This document shows, in pieces, positions 38,590 through 49,006 of a stretch of DNA of 64,000 nucleotides. The notes under the pieces were generated by a model. The model had not been told where the DNA came from. It worked only from the letters and a program-made list of their open reading frames with translations, and made no database searches. Every line of letters starts with the position of its first letter. Within the stretch, counting starts at the first letter, position 1. A program made the translations under genes and the position numbers. This DNA is from Terriglobia bacterium (GTDB taxonomy: Bacteria > Acidobacteriota > Terriglobia > 20CM-2-55-15): positions 512,001-576,000 of the forward strand of contig CBDAOY010000007.1 of NCBI GenBank assembly GCA_965198225.1. The letters run 5' to 3'.

Positions 38590-39807
38590 CTAAAGTGCTG
38601 CCCAGTTCACGGTTTTCAGGTCGATGCCTTCCTTCGCCATCTCGTAGAGCGGAGACAGGTCCCTCAGCCTCCGTACCGTCTCGGTCACTCGCTCGGCAAC
38701 GTAGTCGACCTCTTCTTCGGTGTTGAAGCGACCGATTCCGAAACGGATCGATGTGTGGGCCAGATCTTCTCCGACTCCCAGGGCTTTCAGCACGTACGAG
38801 GGTTCCAGGCTGGCCGACGTACACGCCGATCCTGAAGAGACTGCGATGTTGTCGATACCCATGAGCAGAGATTCGCCTTCGACGTAAGCGAAGCTCATGT
38901 TGAGGTTTCCCGGGACACGCCGCTCGAGGTCACCGTTGATGAACACTTCGTCCAGGTTTTCTTCGAACGTCGTCCGCAGTCTCTCCCGGAGCTGGAAGAT
39001 TCGCGCCATTTCCTCTTCAAGCTCTTCGGCGGCCAGCTCGGCCGCTTTTCCGAAACCGACGATACCGGGAACGTTGAGTGTGCCCGATCGCATTCCACGT
39101 TCATGACCGCCCCCGTCGATGAGCGGGCTCAGCAGGACCCTCGGCTTCCGACGTCGAACGTAGATTGCGCCGACTCCCTTGGGACCGTACATCTTGTGAG
39201 CACTGATCGACGCGATATCGACGTTCATTTCCTGGACATCGAACGGCACTTTGCCGACGGCCTGGACGGCGTCGGTGTGGAACAGAACGCCCTTTTCTCT
39301 GGCGATACGACCGATTTCCTTGACGTCCTGCAGGACCCCTACTTCGTTGTTCGCCATCATGATCGAGATCAGGATGGTCTTGTCGGTGATGGCGGCCTCG
39401 AGCTCGTCGAGATCGATCATGCCCAGCTTATCCACAGGCAGGAAGGTGACGCGGATGCCGTTCTTCTCGAGGTGTTTTGCGCTGTCGATGATCGCCTTGT
39501 GTTCGGTCACGCAGGTGATGATGTGATCACCCTTCTGCGCATACATCTCGGCGACGCCTTTCAGGGCGAGGTTGTCTGATTCGGTGGCCCCGCTGGTGAA
39601 AACGATCTCCTTCGGATTGGCGTTGATCAGCGCCGCAACCTGCCTGCGAGCACGATCGACGGCCTCTTCGGCCGTCCATCCGAATTGATGATTCCGACTT
39701 GCCGCGTTCCCGAATCGATCCTGGAAGTAGGGCAGCATCTCTTCGAGCGCCCTCGGATCGACCGGAGTCGTGGCGTGGTTGTCCATGTATACAGGGAGCT
39801 TGACCAT
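38590..39807 (-). CDS. iscS: Cysteine desulfurase IscS
   Basis: [23 protein letters not shown]. Confidence 0.97.
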   Translation of the reverse strand: MVKLPVYMDNHATTPVDPRALEEMLPYFQDRFGNAASRNHQFGWTAEEAVDRARRQVAALINANPKEIVFTSGATESDNLALKGVAEMYAQKGDHIITCVTEHKAIIDSAKHLEKNGIRVTFLPVDKLGMIDLDELEAAITDKTILISIMMANNEVGVLQDVKEIGRIAREKGVLFHTDAVQAVGKVPFDVQEMNVDIASISAHKMYGPKGVGAIYVRRRKPRVLLSPLIDGGGHERGMRSGTLNVPGIVGFGKAAELAAEELEEEMARIFQLRERLRTTFEENLDEVFINGDLERRVPGNLNMSFAYVEGESLLMGIDNIAVSSGSACTSASLEPSYVLKALGVGEDLAHTSIRFGIGRFNTEEEVDYVAERVTETVRRLRDLSPLYEMAKEGIDLKTVNWAAL

Positions 39808-39824
39808 TGTCGTCACCTCGGTTC

Positions 39825-40244
39825 CTATAGCTTCTCCAGCACTATGTCCGGCGTCGCCAGTTCGTGGATCGTTGTGTCGACCAGTACGTTGACGACCTTC
39901 TGCTTAAGGTTGCGCAGCGGATCGCGGATCGAGCACAGCAGGATCTGATCGCACTCATCGTCGGCTTCGCAGGGCGTCAGAAGAACCGGCCCTTCCAGCG
40001 CCTCGATCACGTCGATTACCGATATCGCCTCAGGATCCCGGGCCAGGGCGTAACCTCCGTTCGGTCCGTGATGCGACATCAGCAACCCTTCACGAACGAG
40101 ACGCTGAAGCACCTTCGCCAGCAGTTCCGGCGGGATGTTGTAGGTGCGTGCGATTTCGGGGGCACTGTGGGCAGTCTCATTGTTTAAAGTCAGATGTTTC
40201 AGCGCAATCAAGCCGTAGTCTGCCTTTTTGGATAACCTAAACAT
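39825..40244 (-). CDS. iscR: Rrf2 family regulator heading the isc operon
   Basis: [18 protein letters not shown], three C-terminal Cys. Confidence 0.88.
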   Translation of the reverse strand: MFRLSKKADYGLIALKHLTLNNETAHSAPEIARTYNIPPELLAKVLQRLVREGLLMSHHGPNGGYALARDPEAISVIDVIEALEGPVLLTPCEADDECDQILLCSIRDPLRNLKQKVVNVLVDTTIHELATPDIVLEKL

Positions 40245-40299
40245 CGCTGTGGCCTTCCGGGTTTGCGAAGCAATGCCGACCCAATCAATCCCCGATCTT

Positions 40300-40316
40300 T
40301 TTGATCGCCGATCAAA
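40300..40316. promoter_or_regulatory. Perfect palindrome upstream of iscR; candidate operator
   Basis: TTTGATCG-C-CGATCAAA. Confidence 0.4.
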
Positions 40317-40379
40317 TTGGTCGCCTTTAAGAGATAGAATAGACCCCACCGAACGATTTCGTCAAGCGCAGATTCCCTC

Positions 40380-41081
40380 TTATGGAGCGGAACCTGTTGA
40401 AATGTTTAGGATGGACAGGATCTCAGCGAGGCTCGAGATACACCAGACGTCGGTTGGAGGGCCCTGGTCGTGCCGACGGAGCAGGATGGCAGTCAGCCCG
40501 GCCCCGCCGGCCGCGGCAAAGTCCTCAATCAGTTGGTCTCCCACGAACAGCGCTTCGCCCGGTCGGACGTCCAGCGATCGGGTGGCCGAATGAAAGATGC
40601 GGGGGTCCGGTTTCGCGTATCCGCAGGACGCGGGTATCGTCACGGAATCCACCAGGGCTTCGAGTTGGAGCGCTTCGAGGACGTCCCCAAGCCGCGCGTC
40701 GAAATTGGAAACGATTCCAAGACTGTAGCCTCCGGCCCTTAGCGCTCTCAGCACCTCCGGGGTCTCGGAAAAACATCGCCATGTTCGGGCTGTTCGGAAC
40801 AGCTCGTAGAGTTCCTCGAAGAACGTGTCGAAACCAGAGACCGGTCCGACCTCGTCGAAGATCGAACGAACCATGGATTTCCAGGAATCCTTGTCCTTGG
40901 GCCCACCCGATACGCACCAATGGCGCAGAAAGGCGGCCTGTATCGCTTCCACCGTCGCGTCGGAGCCGTAGCCCAGGGCCACTTCACTGTAGAGTTCGCC
41001 GACCGTCCCTCGGGTGTCGAACAGAGTCCCCGCCGCGTCGAAGAGGACGGCTTTGATCCGAGTCGCATCGAAGTCCTCCAT
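40380..41081 (-). CDS. HAD-IA family hydrolase (REG-2-like)
   Basis: FDAAGTL, VSNFD, KPDPRIF, VGD. Confidence 0.9.
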   Translation of the reverse strand: MEDFDATRIKAVLFDAAGTLFDTRGTVGELYSEVALGYGSDATVEAIQAAFLRHWCVSGGPKDKDSWKSMVRSIFDEVGPVSGFDTFFEELYELFRTARTWRCFSETPEVLRALRAGGYSLGIVSNFDARLGDVLEALQLEALVDSVTIPASCGYAKPDPRIFHSATRSLDVRPGEALFVGDQLIEDFAAAGGAGLTAILLRRHDQGPPTDVWCISSLAEILSILNISTGSAP

Positions 41082-41163
41082 CGTTTCGAGATTAGCACTT
41101 CCTCGTCTGTGGGTTACACTCCCGCGAGCGACTGACAAAACCGAGAAACCTGAGGAAACAGTC

Positions 41164-41796
41164 ATGAACGGAATAACCAATGGATCCGTCGAGAAGTACA
41201 TGCACGACCTTGTTCCGCCGCGCGATCCGGTGCTTCAGGAGATCGAAGAGCTGGCGGCGGAGCAGCGGATACCGATCGTCGGCCCCGCAGTCGGCCGGTT
41301 GCTCGAGCAGCTTGCCCGGTCGATCGACGCCGGCCGCGTATTCGAAATGGGATCGGCCGTCGGCTACTCCACGATCTGGCTCGCACGGGGAGTGGGAGCA
41401 GGCGGCAAGGTCTACTACACCGACGGGAGTCGGGACAGGGCGCGACAGGCGGAGGGCTATTTCCACCGCGCCGGCATCCGCGAACGGGTTGAAGTCATGA
41501 CGGGTAACTCCCTGGATCTCATCGACGAGACCGAGGGAGAATTCGATGTCGTCTTCAACGATGTCGATAAACACTACTACCCGGAGGTCTACCGTCGGGT
41601 TCGGGACCGTGTCCGCGCCGGCGGCCTACTCGTCACCGACAACGTCCTCTGGTCCGGGAGAGTGGCCGACCCGGGAGTCGACGACCGTGATACGGCGGCG
41701 ATCCGGGAGTTCAACGAGTTGCTGTACGCGGACGAGAGCTACCTGAACACCATCGTGCCGCTTCGGGACGGTGTGTCGATAGCCCTTCGAATCTAG
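41164..41796 (+). CDS. O-methyltransferase (caffeoyl-CoA OMT/YrrM-like)
   Basis: IPIVGP, EMGSAVGYST, DVDK, DNVLWSG. Confidence 0.92.
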   Translation: MNGITNGSVEKYMHDLVPPRDPVLQEIEELAAEQRIPIVGPAVGRLLEQLARSIDAGRVFEMGSAVGYSTIWLARGVGAGGKVYYTDGSRDRARQAEGYFHRAGIRERVEVMTGNSLDLIDETEGEFDVVFNDVDKHYYPEVYRRVRDRVRAGGLLVTDNVLWSGRVADPGVDDRDTAAIREFNELLYADESYLNTIVPLRDGVSIALRI

Positions 41797-41799
41797 TGA

Positions 41800-42075
41800 T
41801 CACGAGGTCGCGACGCGCACACTGTCGAGATCGACGAGCGAACGGCCGTTGTAGTCCTCTTCCCAGGGAATGTGCAAGGTAAGCGAATCACGGGTGGCGA
41901 CCAGTTCGGCCCGTCGTGATTCGGTTTCGGTTTCACCGATGAACGTCGTCGAGAATCCTTCGGTCTCGAAAAACCGCTGGATGGTCGGCAGGACGTCCTG
42001 GTAGACGCCGTCCCAGTTCTTTCCGAAATCTTCCCGCCTCAGAAACTCTTCCAGTCTCGCGACGATTTCGTCCAT
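41800..42075 (-). CDS. Hypothetical protein (91 aa, acidic)
   Basis: Clean ORF filling the gap, typical codon use. Confidence 0.7.
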   Translation of the reverse strand: MDEIVARLEEFLRREDFGKNWDGVYQDVLPTIQRFFETEGFSTTFIGETETESRRAELVATRDSLTLHIPWEEDYNGRSLVDLDSVRVATS

Positions 42076-42267
42076 CAGAACCGATTTTCCCAGATTGTCC
42101 TCCTCGTGTATAGTAGCTCGCCGTCGAATGGGATGAGCGCGACGAACTTGACTGAATTGGGATGAGATGTGACCGACGACTCAGCAACAAGGTGTTATTT
42201 CTGTGCGGCCTTCGCGGCAGCCTTTCCAGAGGTTTCTGGCGAGCCTACTCGTCACCGATGCAACGAT

Positions 42268-43233
42268 TTGATTTCGTTCAAACTGGCCAACCTCGACGAG
42301 GGAGACCTGGGCGGTCCAGCCATCGTCGTCGATGATCGTGTCCATGACCTGCAACGGGTCGCGGAGAGCATCGAGACGTCGCCCGCGACGGCGGAGATCG
42401 TCCTGCCTTCGAACAACCGCGAGCTGATCGAACAGTATGGGCGGTGTCGTGAACGCCTCTCCGAAATCGCGGCGGCGATCTCTGCCAAAGACTCTGCCGG
42501 GCTGGAGCCCGGCGAGACCAGTTTCCGTCCTCCGATCCTCTATCCGTGGAACCTGGTGGCGGTGGCGGTGAATTATCGGGCCCACGGCGAGGAGATGGAC
42601 CGTCAGCTCGATGAGGACTACCTCAAGGACCCGCCTTATCTCTTCACCAAGTCTCCCAGGGCCTGCTTGAGGGCAACGGGGGAGGCGCTGGTGATTCCGG
42701 AGGGTCGGGAGAAGATCGATTGGGAACTGGAGCTGGCGGCGATCATCGGGAAGAGGGCCACCAGGGTCCCCCGATCATCGGGAAGAGGGCCACCAGGGTC
42801 CCCCGAGCGCGCTCCGGAACACATCTGGGGGTTCGGCCTCATTCTGGACATGTCGGACCGGCAGATGTTGAAGCGGAAGAACGCGTTCTTCAACGTGGAT
42901 TGGTTCAATGCGAAGACGCGCGACGGCTTTGCTCCCATGGGTCCCTACATCGTCCCGGCCGAGTTCGTTCCCCAGCACGGGGACCTGCACATGCAACTCC
43001 GTGTCAACGATCAGGTGATGCAGGCCTACAGCACCCGGCACATGACCCACAACGTCGAAGAACTCGTCGAATTCATCTCGTCGATCCACACGCTGGAACC
43101 GGGCGACATCATCGCGACCGGCACTCCGCCCGGTGTCGGAAAGGGAAGAAAGCCTCCCATCTTCCTGAAACCCGGCGACATCATCACCGCCGAGATCGAG
43201 GGCATCTGCTCGATCACCACCCCTATCGCTTGA
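42268..43233 (+). CDS. Fumarylacetoacetate hydrolase family protein (start uncertain; 10-aa insertion)
   Basis: VNYRAH, DWELELA, K..DGFAPMGP, LEPGDIIATGTP. Confidence 0.9.
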   Translation: MISFKLANLDEGDLGGPAIVVDDRVHDLQRVAESIETSPATAEIVLPSNNRELIEQYGRCRERLSEIAAAISAKDSAGLEPGETSFRPPILYPWNLVAVAVNYRAHGEEMDRQLDEDYLKDPPYLFTKSPRACLRATGEALVIPEGREKIDWELELAAIIGKRATRVPRSSGRGPPGSPERAPEHIWGFGLILDMSDRQMLKRKNAFFNVDWFNAKTRDGFAPMGPYIVPAEFVPQHGDLHMQLRVNDQVMQAYSTRHMTHNVEELVEFISSIHTLEPGDIIATGTPPGVGKGRKPPIFLKPGDIITAEIEGICSITTPIA

Positions 43234-43239
43234 CGGATC

Positions 43240-43377
43240 CTCAAATTTCAAATGTGCAATTTCGAACTTCCATTGTGGAATTTTCGTTAGTCAATTTGCG
43301 ATGGGCTCGTTTCATTGCAGATTTACTAATGGAGAATCCGCACTGGAGATCGTAGATTCGACATTCGAAATTTGAGA
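43240..43377. repeat. AT-rich heptamer inverted repeat between convergent genes
   Basis: CTCAAATTTCAAATGT / ACATTCGAAATTTGAG ends. Confidence 0.75.
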
Positions 43378-43396
43378 CTGTCGAGGGAACGCCTCG

Positions 43397-46300
43397 TCAG
43401 TTGTCCGGCTCGTCGGGCGGCAGGACCGGGCGTTTTCGGGAGATCGTGAAGATGTTGGCGTCCAGGTAGTCTTTCTTTTCGCGTTTGACCTGGTATTTCG
43501 ATTCCGCGAGAAACCGGGCGTGGGCCAGGTCGAACTGGAGGCCGGCACCGGCGACCATCTGGAGCCATTCGCCGCGGGCAGTCTCGTCGGGTGCCTCGGT
43601 GCCCCCTGCGAACACCGTCACGTTGGGGTGCCGGACCATGAAACTGTTCGAGCTGCCGCTCTGCTTCGACCCCTTGATCGCCGAGTAAATCATCACCCCG
43701 TCGTGGATGTCTCGCTTGTAGTTTTCCTGATCCCACTCGCCGTACTTGTTGTAGCGGCGGTACATCCGTTCGTTCAGCTCGGGAACGGTCTCCGAGATGG
43801 CGGCCGCGATTCGGTCCCGGATGGCGAAGGCGGTCCTTTCGTGGTCAGGGAACTTCGGGTCCTGGATGTAGTTGAATCCCGGCATGAACCAGCCGCGGGG
43901 CGCCCACCAGCTGCGGCCGTTCGGAGTCCGTGAACGAACCCAGGCGCTGTAACCGGCAAACAGCTGAACCCATTCGTGAGACGGGTATCCGTGCGGGTTC
44001 AGGACGATGTCGGGAAGCCACATCTGCCACAGGTCCTTCCGCACGGTGGTTTCCGGGTATTTCGGGTTTGCGTCCCACTGCCCGGACGTGACGTCGACGC
44101 CGAGCGACCCGAGGTATCCGGCATGGAGCATGAAATCAGGTGTGATCTCCTGCAGTTCGTAGGCGAGATCGGCGCCATCCGGGTTCGTGATCGGATGGAT
44201 GACGAAGTTGACGCTCTCGAGCAGCGGTTTGTACTCGTCGTCGGTCGTCAGCAGTTCGACCAACCTCAGGATGTGCGACGTACTCGAGACCTCGTTGGCG
44301 TGCTGCCGACCCGTGATGAAAAGCACAGGCTTCGTTGTGGAAAGCTTAGCCTGGGAATGGAATCGGCCCTCCAGTGGCGACATCACGTCCATCGCCCAGA
44401 TCCGCTTGTTCAGGTAAGAGCTGGTCGTGTAGAAGGGGCGGACCTCGGGGAAGCTCGCCAGCTCGGAGATGATCTGTTCGGCTTCACTGCTGTTGATCGG
44501 GTTGTCCCACTGCACGATCGGCTTCTGGCTGGGCGCGGACGCTTCGACTTTCGGCACCCGGTAGTAGCCGTCTTCGGTGCGCGACACGGATGCCGCCATG
44601 ACTTCTTCATGGCGGGTCTCGAATCGGATCGTGATGCTGTCGACACCATCGTAGGAAAGCCAGCTGTTGCCGAAGCCGAGTCTGTGGAACTCCTCGATGT
44701 TGTTGACCATCGCCGCGGCCTGTTCGCTCGACAGCAGCGTGCGATCGATCACCTCGCCACGGGCTTTCGTGATCAGCTCGTCTCGCTGGTTTTCCTCGGA
44801 ATCGGTTTCCTGCAGAAATTCGAGTGACACCACACCTTCACGGCCGACCTCGACGGTCTCGGCGATGATCTGCGGCGGCTCGATGTTGACGGGTACGAAG
44901 TCCTCGGTCCAACGCTGCTTGACTTTGCCGCGTTCCCGGAACTCCAAGTCGACCCGGGGGTTCGGCCCCGCCTTGCCCGTGAAACGGATCCGCGCCGTTC
45001 CGTCAGAACCTTCACGAGCAGGGCGAATCCTGGGGATCACGCGTCCGGGGTAGTTCAAACGCTCTCCGGCGTAGTACTGGCCCAGCAAGTCGAAGAACAG
45101 CAGCGTCTCGAAGTAAATGTCTTCGTGCATCGCCTCGAGCGCCGAGATCTGTTCTTCGTCGATTCCGATGCGGTAGTCCGGTTCGCTCATCCAAAGATCC
45201 ACTTCCAGTGAGCCGAAGTAGGGCGCCCATCGAGCTCGCGGCTTGCCCTCGTAGAGTTCGAGAACGTAGTTGTGGATCTGACCGAAGACCCGTTTCTGGA
45301 ACTCGTCCCAGAACCGTTCCGGATCGATCTTGACGCGTTCGTCGACGAGGGTCGCGCCTCCTATCTTCGCGACGATGCTTCCCGTCGTTACCCGGACTTG
45401 TTCGTACTGGGGAAACTGGTCGAACATCGGGCGGAAGACAAACCGCGGATCAAACGCCTCATTCAAGAACCGACGACCCTGGGCGTCGGTCGCCTCGACG
45501 CGGTAGATCGGGCCGGAGGTGGTCTTTTCGAACGTGATGTCGTCGACGGGTATGTTCAGGTCTCGAGCCAGGACTTCGTCGATCGGAAACAGTTCCTGCA
45601 GCCAACGGATCGGGGATTCAACCGTCTGCCAGCCTTCGGGTTCCAGCTCACGGAAGTAGATCGTGATCTTTCGGGCATCGGCAAGGCGGGGTTTCAGGTC
45701 GTCGTCGATCCAGCTGTAGCCCTGCTTGTAAGCAGACAGGACCCGAACTTCGGTCCTTTCTGGATTCGCTCCGGCCCGCACCAGCCGGTCGCGAAACTCT
45801 GTCTTCAAGCGTTGACGCATTTCCGGCGATTCGCTGACGCGAACTTCCAGATCGACGACCGCACCGGCTTCAATCTCCGGGATCAGTCGGGCAGAGATCA
45901 CCTCTCGGACGTCGGCAACCTCCCAGGCAACGTCGAAGGTCTCGTCGAAAACCGGTTCGGCCGAGAGGACATCGATGTTGGCGGCGGTAACGTTGATGTC
46001 GGGGAACTCACCTCGGATGTGTTCGAGAAACTCCTCGCCGCCGCGTTCGACGAACACTTTCATTTCGGCAGACTCCAGGTCGAGACCGTCGAGCTTCCGG
46101 GCCATGCGCCGGGCCTTGTAGAGTGCGGCGGCCGCCTGGGCTTCCGGAGAGCGCAGCGAGAAGAATCGACGCAGGTCATCCTGTACCTTCGCGAGATGGA
46201 GACTGTCCTTGCCGTAGTCCCAGGCGTAGGGCAGACGACCGGCGGCGTGCTCGATCGCACGATCCTCTCCGGCTCGGTCCCCCCCGATGATCACCAGAGC

Positions 46301-47137
46301 CGTGTGATCCTTCTCGAACGCCTTTCGGACGACTTCGATGCGACCCTGGCCGGGTGCAGGGTAGGAGGAGAACTTTCCGTCCTCGATCAGCTTCTGGACG
46401 TGGGGATTGGACCGTCCGATGAGTATCGGATTCTGGGGTTCCTGCTCTTGGCCGGCCACGAGAACCAGCGGGAGACGCAGGCCCGTTGTTTCCAGTCCGA
46501 TTCGGGCCGCGAGGTCGATGACACCCGGAGATTGGGTGTCCGGTCCGATATAAATCGTCGTTTCAGTCTTGTCGGGGATGAAATCGCTGTTGGAGTCTCC
46601 CAGCAGGCCATCCGGGCTGTAAAGGCGGGCCAGCGAGTATGTCTTCGACGACAGCTCTTCGTCGATCGGCTCTTCGGACGTGTCTTCCTCGTCTTCTTCG
46701 TCGTCCCCTTCCACGCCCTCTGAACCTGGTTCTTCCTCAGCGTCTTCAGGCGGCTGAGGAGACTCCAGTGATCGCGCCCATGCGTTCGCGTCCTCAGGAG
46801 CGGCTATTGCGATGACCTGCCGGTTTCCGTCGCTGGTTTCCACCACGGCTTCGGACCGCCCGCCGATGAAGCGGGTCGCAGCGCTACCGACCACGATAGC
46901 GACCGAGGAATCGCCGTTCGAGTAATCCGAGATCCGGTATCCGATGGGCAGATCGATCGACAGAGACTCGAAAGCCAGACGGGCCGCGACGTTCGCCGCG
47001 GCGGCGAGTTCGCCGGGCGTCGGATCATCGGCGACATACACCCTGGCGTTGACGTAGTCGATGACGCCGTCCTGATTGCGGTCCTCCAGAATCCCGGTCG
47101 GGAAGGTGATGAAAAGCAGGAAGATGAGGGTTTTCAT
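43397..47137 (-). CDS. Large secreted M14-family zinc carboxypeptidase-domain protein
   Basis: GRQHANE, NPDG, NPHGYP in the C-terminal domain; signal peptide. Confidence 0.88.
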   Translation of the reverse strand: MKTLIFLLFITFPTGILEDRNQDGVIDYVNARVYVADDPTPGELAAAANVAARLAFESLSIDLPIGYRISDYSNGDSSVAIVVGSAATRFIGGRSEAVVETSDGNRQVIAIAAPEDANAWARSLESPQPPEDAEEEPGSEGVEGDDEEDEEDTSEEPIDEELSSKTYSLARLYSPDGLLGDSNSDFIPDKTETTIYIGPDTQSPGVIDLAARIGLETTGLRLPLVLVAGQEQEPQNPILIGRSNPHVQKLIEDGKFSSYPAPGQGRIEVVRKAFEKDHTALVIIGGDRAGEDRAIEHAAGRLPYAWDYGKDSLHLAKVQDDLRRFFSLRSPEAQAAAALYKARRMARKLDGLDLESAEMKVFVERGGEEFLEHIRGEFPDINVTAANIDVLSAEPVFDETFDVAWEVADVREVISARLIPEIEAGAVVDLEVRVSESPEMRQRLKTEFRDRLVRAGANPERTEVRVLSAYKQGYSWIDDDLKPRLADARKITIYFRELEPEGWQTVESPIRWLQELFPIDEVLARDLNIPVDDITFEKTTSGPIYRVEATDAQGRRFLNEAFDPRFVFRPMFDQFPQYEQVRVTTGSIVAKIGGATLVDERVKIDPERFWDEFQKRVFGQIHNYVLELYEGKPRARWAPYFGSLEVDLWMSEPDYRIGIDEEQISALEAMHEDIYFETLLFFDLLGQYYAGERLNYPGRVIPRIRPAREGSDGTARIRFTGKAGPNPRVDLEFRERGKVKQRWTEDFVPVNIEPPQIIAETVEVGREGVVSLEFLQETDSEENQRDELITKARGEVIDRTLLSSEQAAAMVNNIEEFHRLGFGNSWLSYDGVDSITIRFETRHEEVMAASVSRTEDGYYRVPKVEASAPSQKPIVQWDNPINSSEAEQIISELASFPEVRPFYTTSSYLNKRIWAMDVMSPLEGRFHSQAKLSTTKPVLFITGRQHANEVSSTSHILRLVELLTTDDEYKPLLESVNFVIHPITNPDGADLAYELQEITPDFMLHAGYLGSLGVDVTSGQWDANPKYPETTVRKDLWQMWLPDIVLNPHGYPSHEWVQLFAGYSAWVRSRTPNGRSWWAPRGWFMPGFNYIQDPKFPDHERTAFAIRDRIAAAISETVPELNERMYRRYNKYGEWDQENYKRDIHDGVMIYSAIKGSKQSGSSNSFMVRHPNVTVFAGGTEAPDETARGEWLQMVAGAGLQFDLAHARFLAESKYQVKREKKDYLDANIFTISRKRPVLPPDEPDN

Positions 47138-47179
47138 GGAACGGGATCTTAACACCAGGGAGAAGTGCATTCAAAGAAA

Positions 47180-47262
47180 CGCCAATTTCGACCTCAACCT
47201 CCAATTTCGAAATTCGAATGAACAACCTTCAATGTGGATTAGTGAATAGACAACCTCCAATC
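47180..47262. repeat. AT-rich heptamer repeat tract (AATTTCG/AACCTCC)
   Basis: CAATTTCGACCTCAACCTCCAATTTCGAAATTCG. Confidence 0.55.
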
Positions 47263-47266
47263 CCGC

Positions 47267-47557
47267 CTACAGGCGTTTTGTGATTGCAGCCATCTCCTCG
47301 GGTGTGAACGCGCGCATCGTCGTCGACCGAACATTTCCGTTTTTGCCGACTGCCAGGGTGAAGGCGCTGATGCTTTCGTCATCTTCTGCCTCGAAAACGG
47401 CGACGAGGTCAAAGGGCCCGACGGTGTAATGTGCGCTCAACATTTTGACGCCAAACTTGGCGGCCAGTTTCTGGCTCTGTTTGAGCCGGCTCGTTGATCT
47501 CTTGATGTTCCGGATTCCCTGATCGGTGAAGTTGATGAGACTGACGTAGGTAACCAT
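47267..47557 (-). CDS. GYD domain-containing protein
   Basis: FTDQGIRN, GPFDLV, GNVRSTTMRAF; RBS GGAGG. Confidence 0.9.
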   Translation of the reverse strand: MVTYVSLINFTDQGIRNIKRSTSRLKQSQKLAAKFGVKMLSAHYTVGPFDLVAVFEAEDDESISAFTLAVGKNGNVRSTTMRAFTPEEMAAITKRL

Positions 47558-47687
47558 CGTGTAAACCTCCTGGGTGTGATGGAATCTTGAGGGAGAAAGA
47601 ATAGAACAGACCCGAAGCCTCCGCCAGCCATTGACCGTGATCCGAATCGCCTGACCCGTCCCACCGTGCTTTCCGAGAGGCTGTCTT

Positions 47688-47763
47688 AACCACGGAGGCG
47701 CGGAGACACGGAGGGGGACAGGCAGGTGATCTATCTCTTCTCCGTGCCTCGGGCCTCCGTGGT
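47688..47763. repeat. CACGGAGG octamer inverted repeat
   Basis: AACCACGGAGGCGCGGAGACACGGAG / CTCCGTGCCTCGGGCCTCCGTGGT. Confidence 0.85.
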
Positions 47764-47799
47764 AATAGTCTTTTCGTGCCTGAGGTCCTTTTGGGACGA

Positions 47800-48861
47800 T
47801 TAGTCGTGGAGGTCGATCCAGCGGCCTTCTGCGGAGGAGCGGCGGGCCGCATCGAGGACCAACTGGCTGGCGACGCCGTCTTTGAAGCTAGGCGAAGGCG
47901 AGGACAGCCTGCGGTCAATGGCGTTGACGAGGGAATTGATAAGGACGCGAAACGGCGCTCTCAGGAAGGGGCCGGGTTCTCTCGGTAGCTGGTAGCGCGC
48001 AGGTATGGTCAACGTTTCTACCTTCCGATTGGAACGCTTGCCTCCGGAGATATCGACACACTTGTAACCGGGCAGGACAAGCTGTCCTTCGCTGCCGTAG
48101 ATCCCGATCTGGGACTCTTCGACGCCCGCGACTGCGCTCATGTGGACGATGGCTCGCGCGTCGGAATCAAACTCCACGATCATGACGTATGCGTCGTCGC
48201 TGGTGACGGCGTGTCCTTCCCGTTCTCTTACGAATGTCACCAGATCGCAGAACACACGCCGCGGTTCCCCGACCCAGAGTCGTAGCGAGTCGACGGCGTG
48301 CGAACCGATGGCGCCGAGTAATCCGCCTCCGCGGTCCCGGTCCGACCACCAGTCCCATCCGACGTCCTCAGGTTTGGAGCGCCACCCGAAGTGACGTGTG
48401 AACTCCACCATCCGAACCTTTCCGACATAGTTCTGGTGCAGGAGGTCGGCGAGGTAGGTTCGTGCAGGGAGGTACCTGAACTCGAAGTCGACCATCGCCA
48501 CGACACCTGCCTTCGTCGCGGCGGCTTCCATACGCTGGGCCTCTTCCGCGTTCATGGCGAACGGCTTTTCACAAAGGACATGGATGCCACGCTCTATGGC
48601 CGCCAGTGCCATCGAACAGTGGAGTTCGGTCGGGGTCGCGATGCTGACCAGGTCCGGCTTCTCTTCATCGAGCATTTCCTCGAAATCCGTGTACGCGCCC
48701 GGGACGCGGTGCTCCTGCGCGACCGAACGGGCGCGGTCGGCCCGTCCGCTGGAGACAGCGACGACCCTCGTGCGGTCGTGGGACTGAAAGACCGGAATCT
48801 GGACGCCGCCCGCAAACGAGGTGCCGGCTACGGCTACGCGTATAACATCTGGCTCTGCCAT
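47800..48861 (-). CDS. Gfo/Idh/MocA family oxidoreductase
   Basis: HVLCEKP, GGG.LG.IGSH..D. Confidence 0.93.
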   Translation of the reverse strand: MAEPDVIRVAVAGTSFAGGVQIPVFQSHDRTRVVAVSSGRADRARSVAQEHRVPGAYTDFEEMLDEEKPDLVSIATPTELHCSMALAAIERGIHVLCEKPFAMNAEEAQRMEAAATKAGVVAMVDFEFRYLPARTYLADLLHQNYVGKVRMVEFTRHFGWRSKPEDVGWDWWSDRDRGGGLLGAIGSHAVDSLRLWVGEPRRVFCDLVTFVREREGHAVTSDDAYVMIVEFDSDARAIVHMSAVAGVEESQIGIYGSEGQLVLPGYKCVDISGGKRSNRKVETLTIPARYQLPREPGPFLRAPFRVLINSLVNAIDRRLSSPSPSFKDGVASQLVLDAARRSSAEGRWIDLHD

Positions 48862-49006
48862 TTCGATTATGCTCCGGGCGCGGCAAAGGTGCCCCGAAGG
48901 TCCCGCAATTTATCAGGTTGTACAGGGGGTTTCAACGTGCACGTGTTGCGCCAGTCTCGTCGTAATCCGTTTCGGCTGCCACATGCTACAATCGTCGGTT
49001 TGAATT

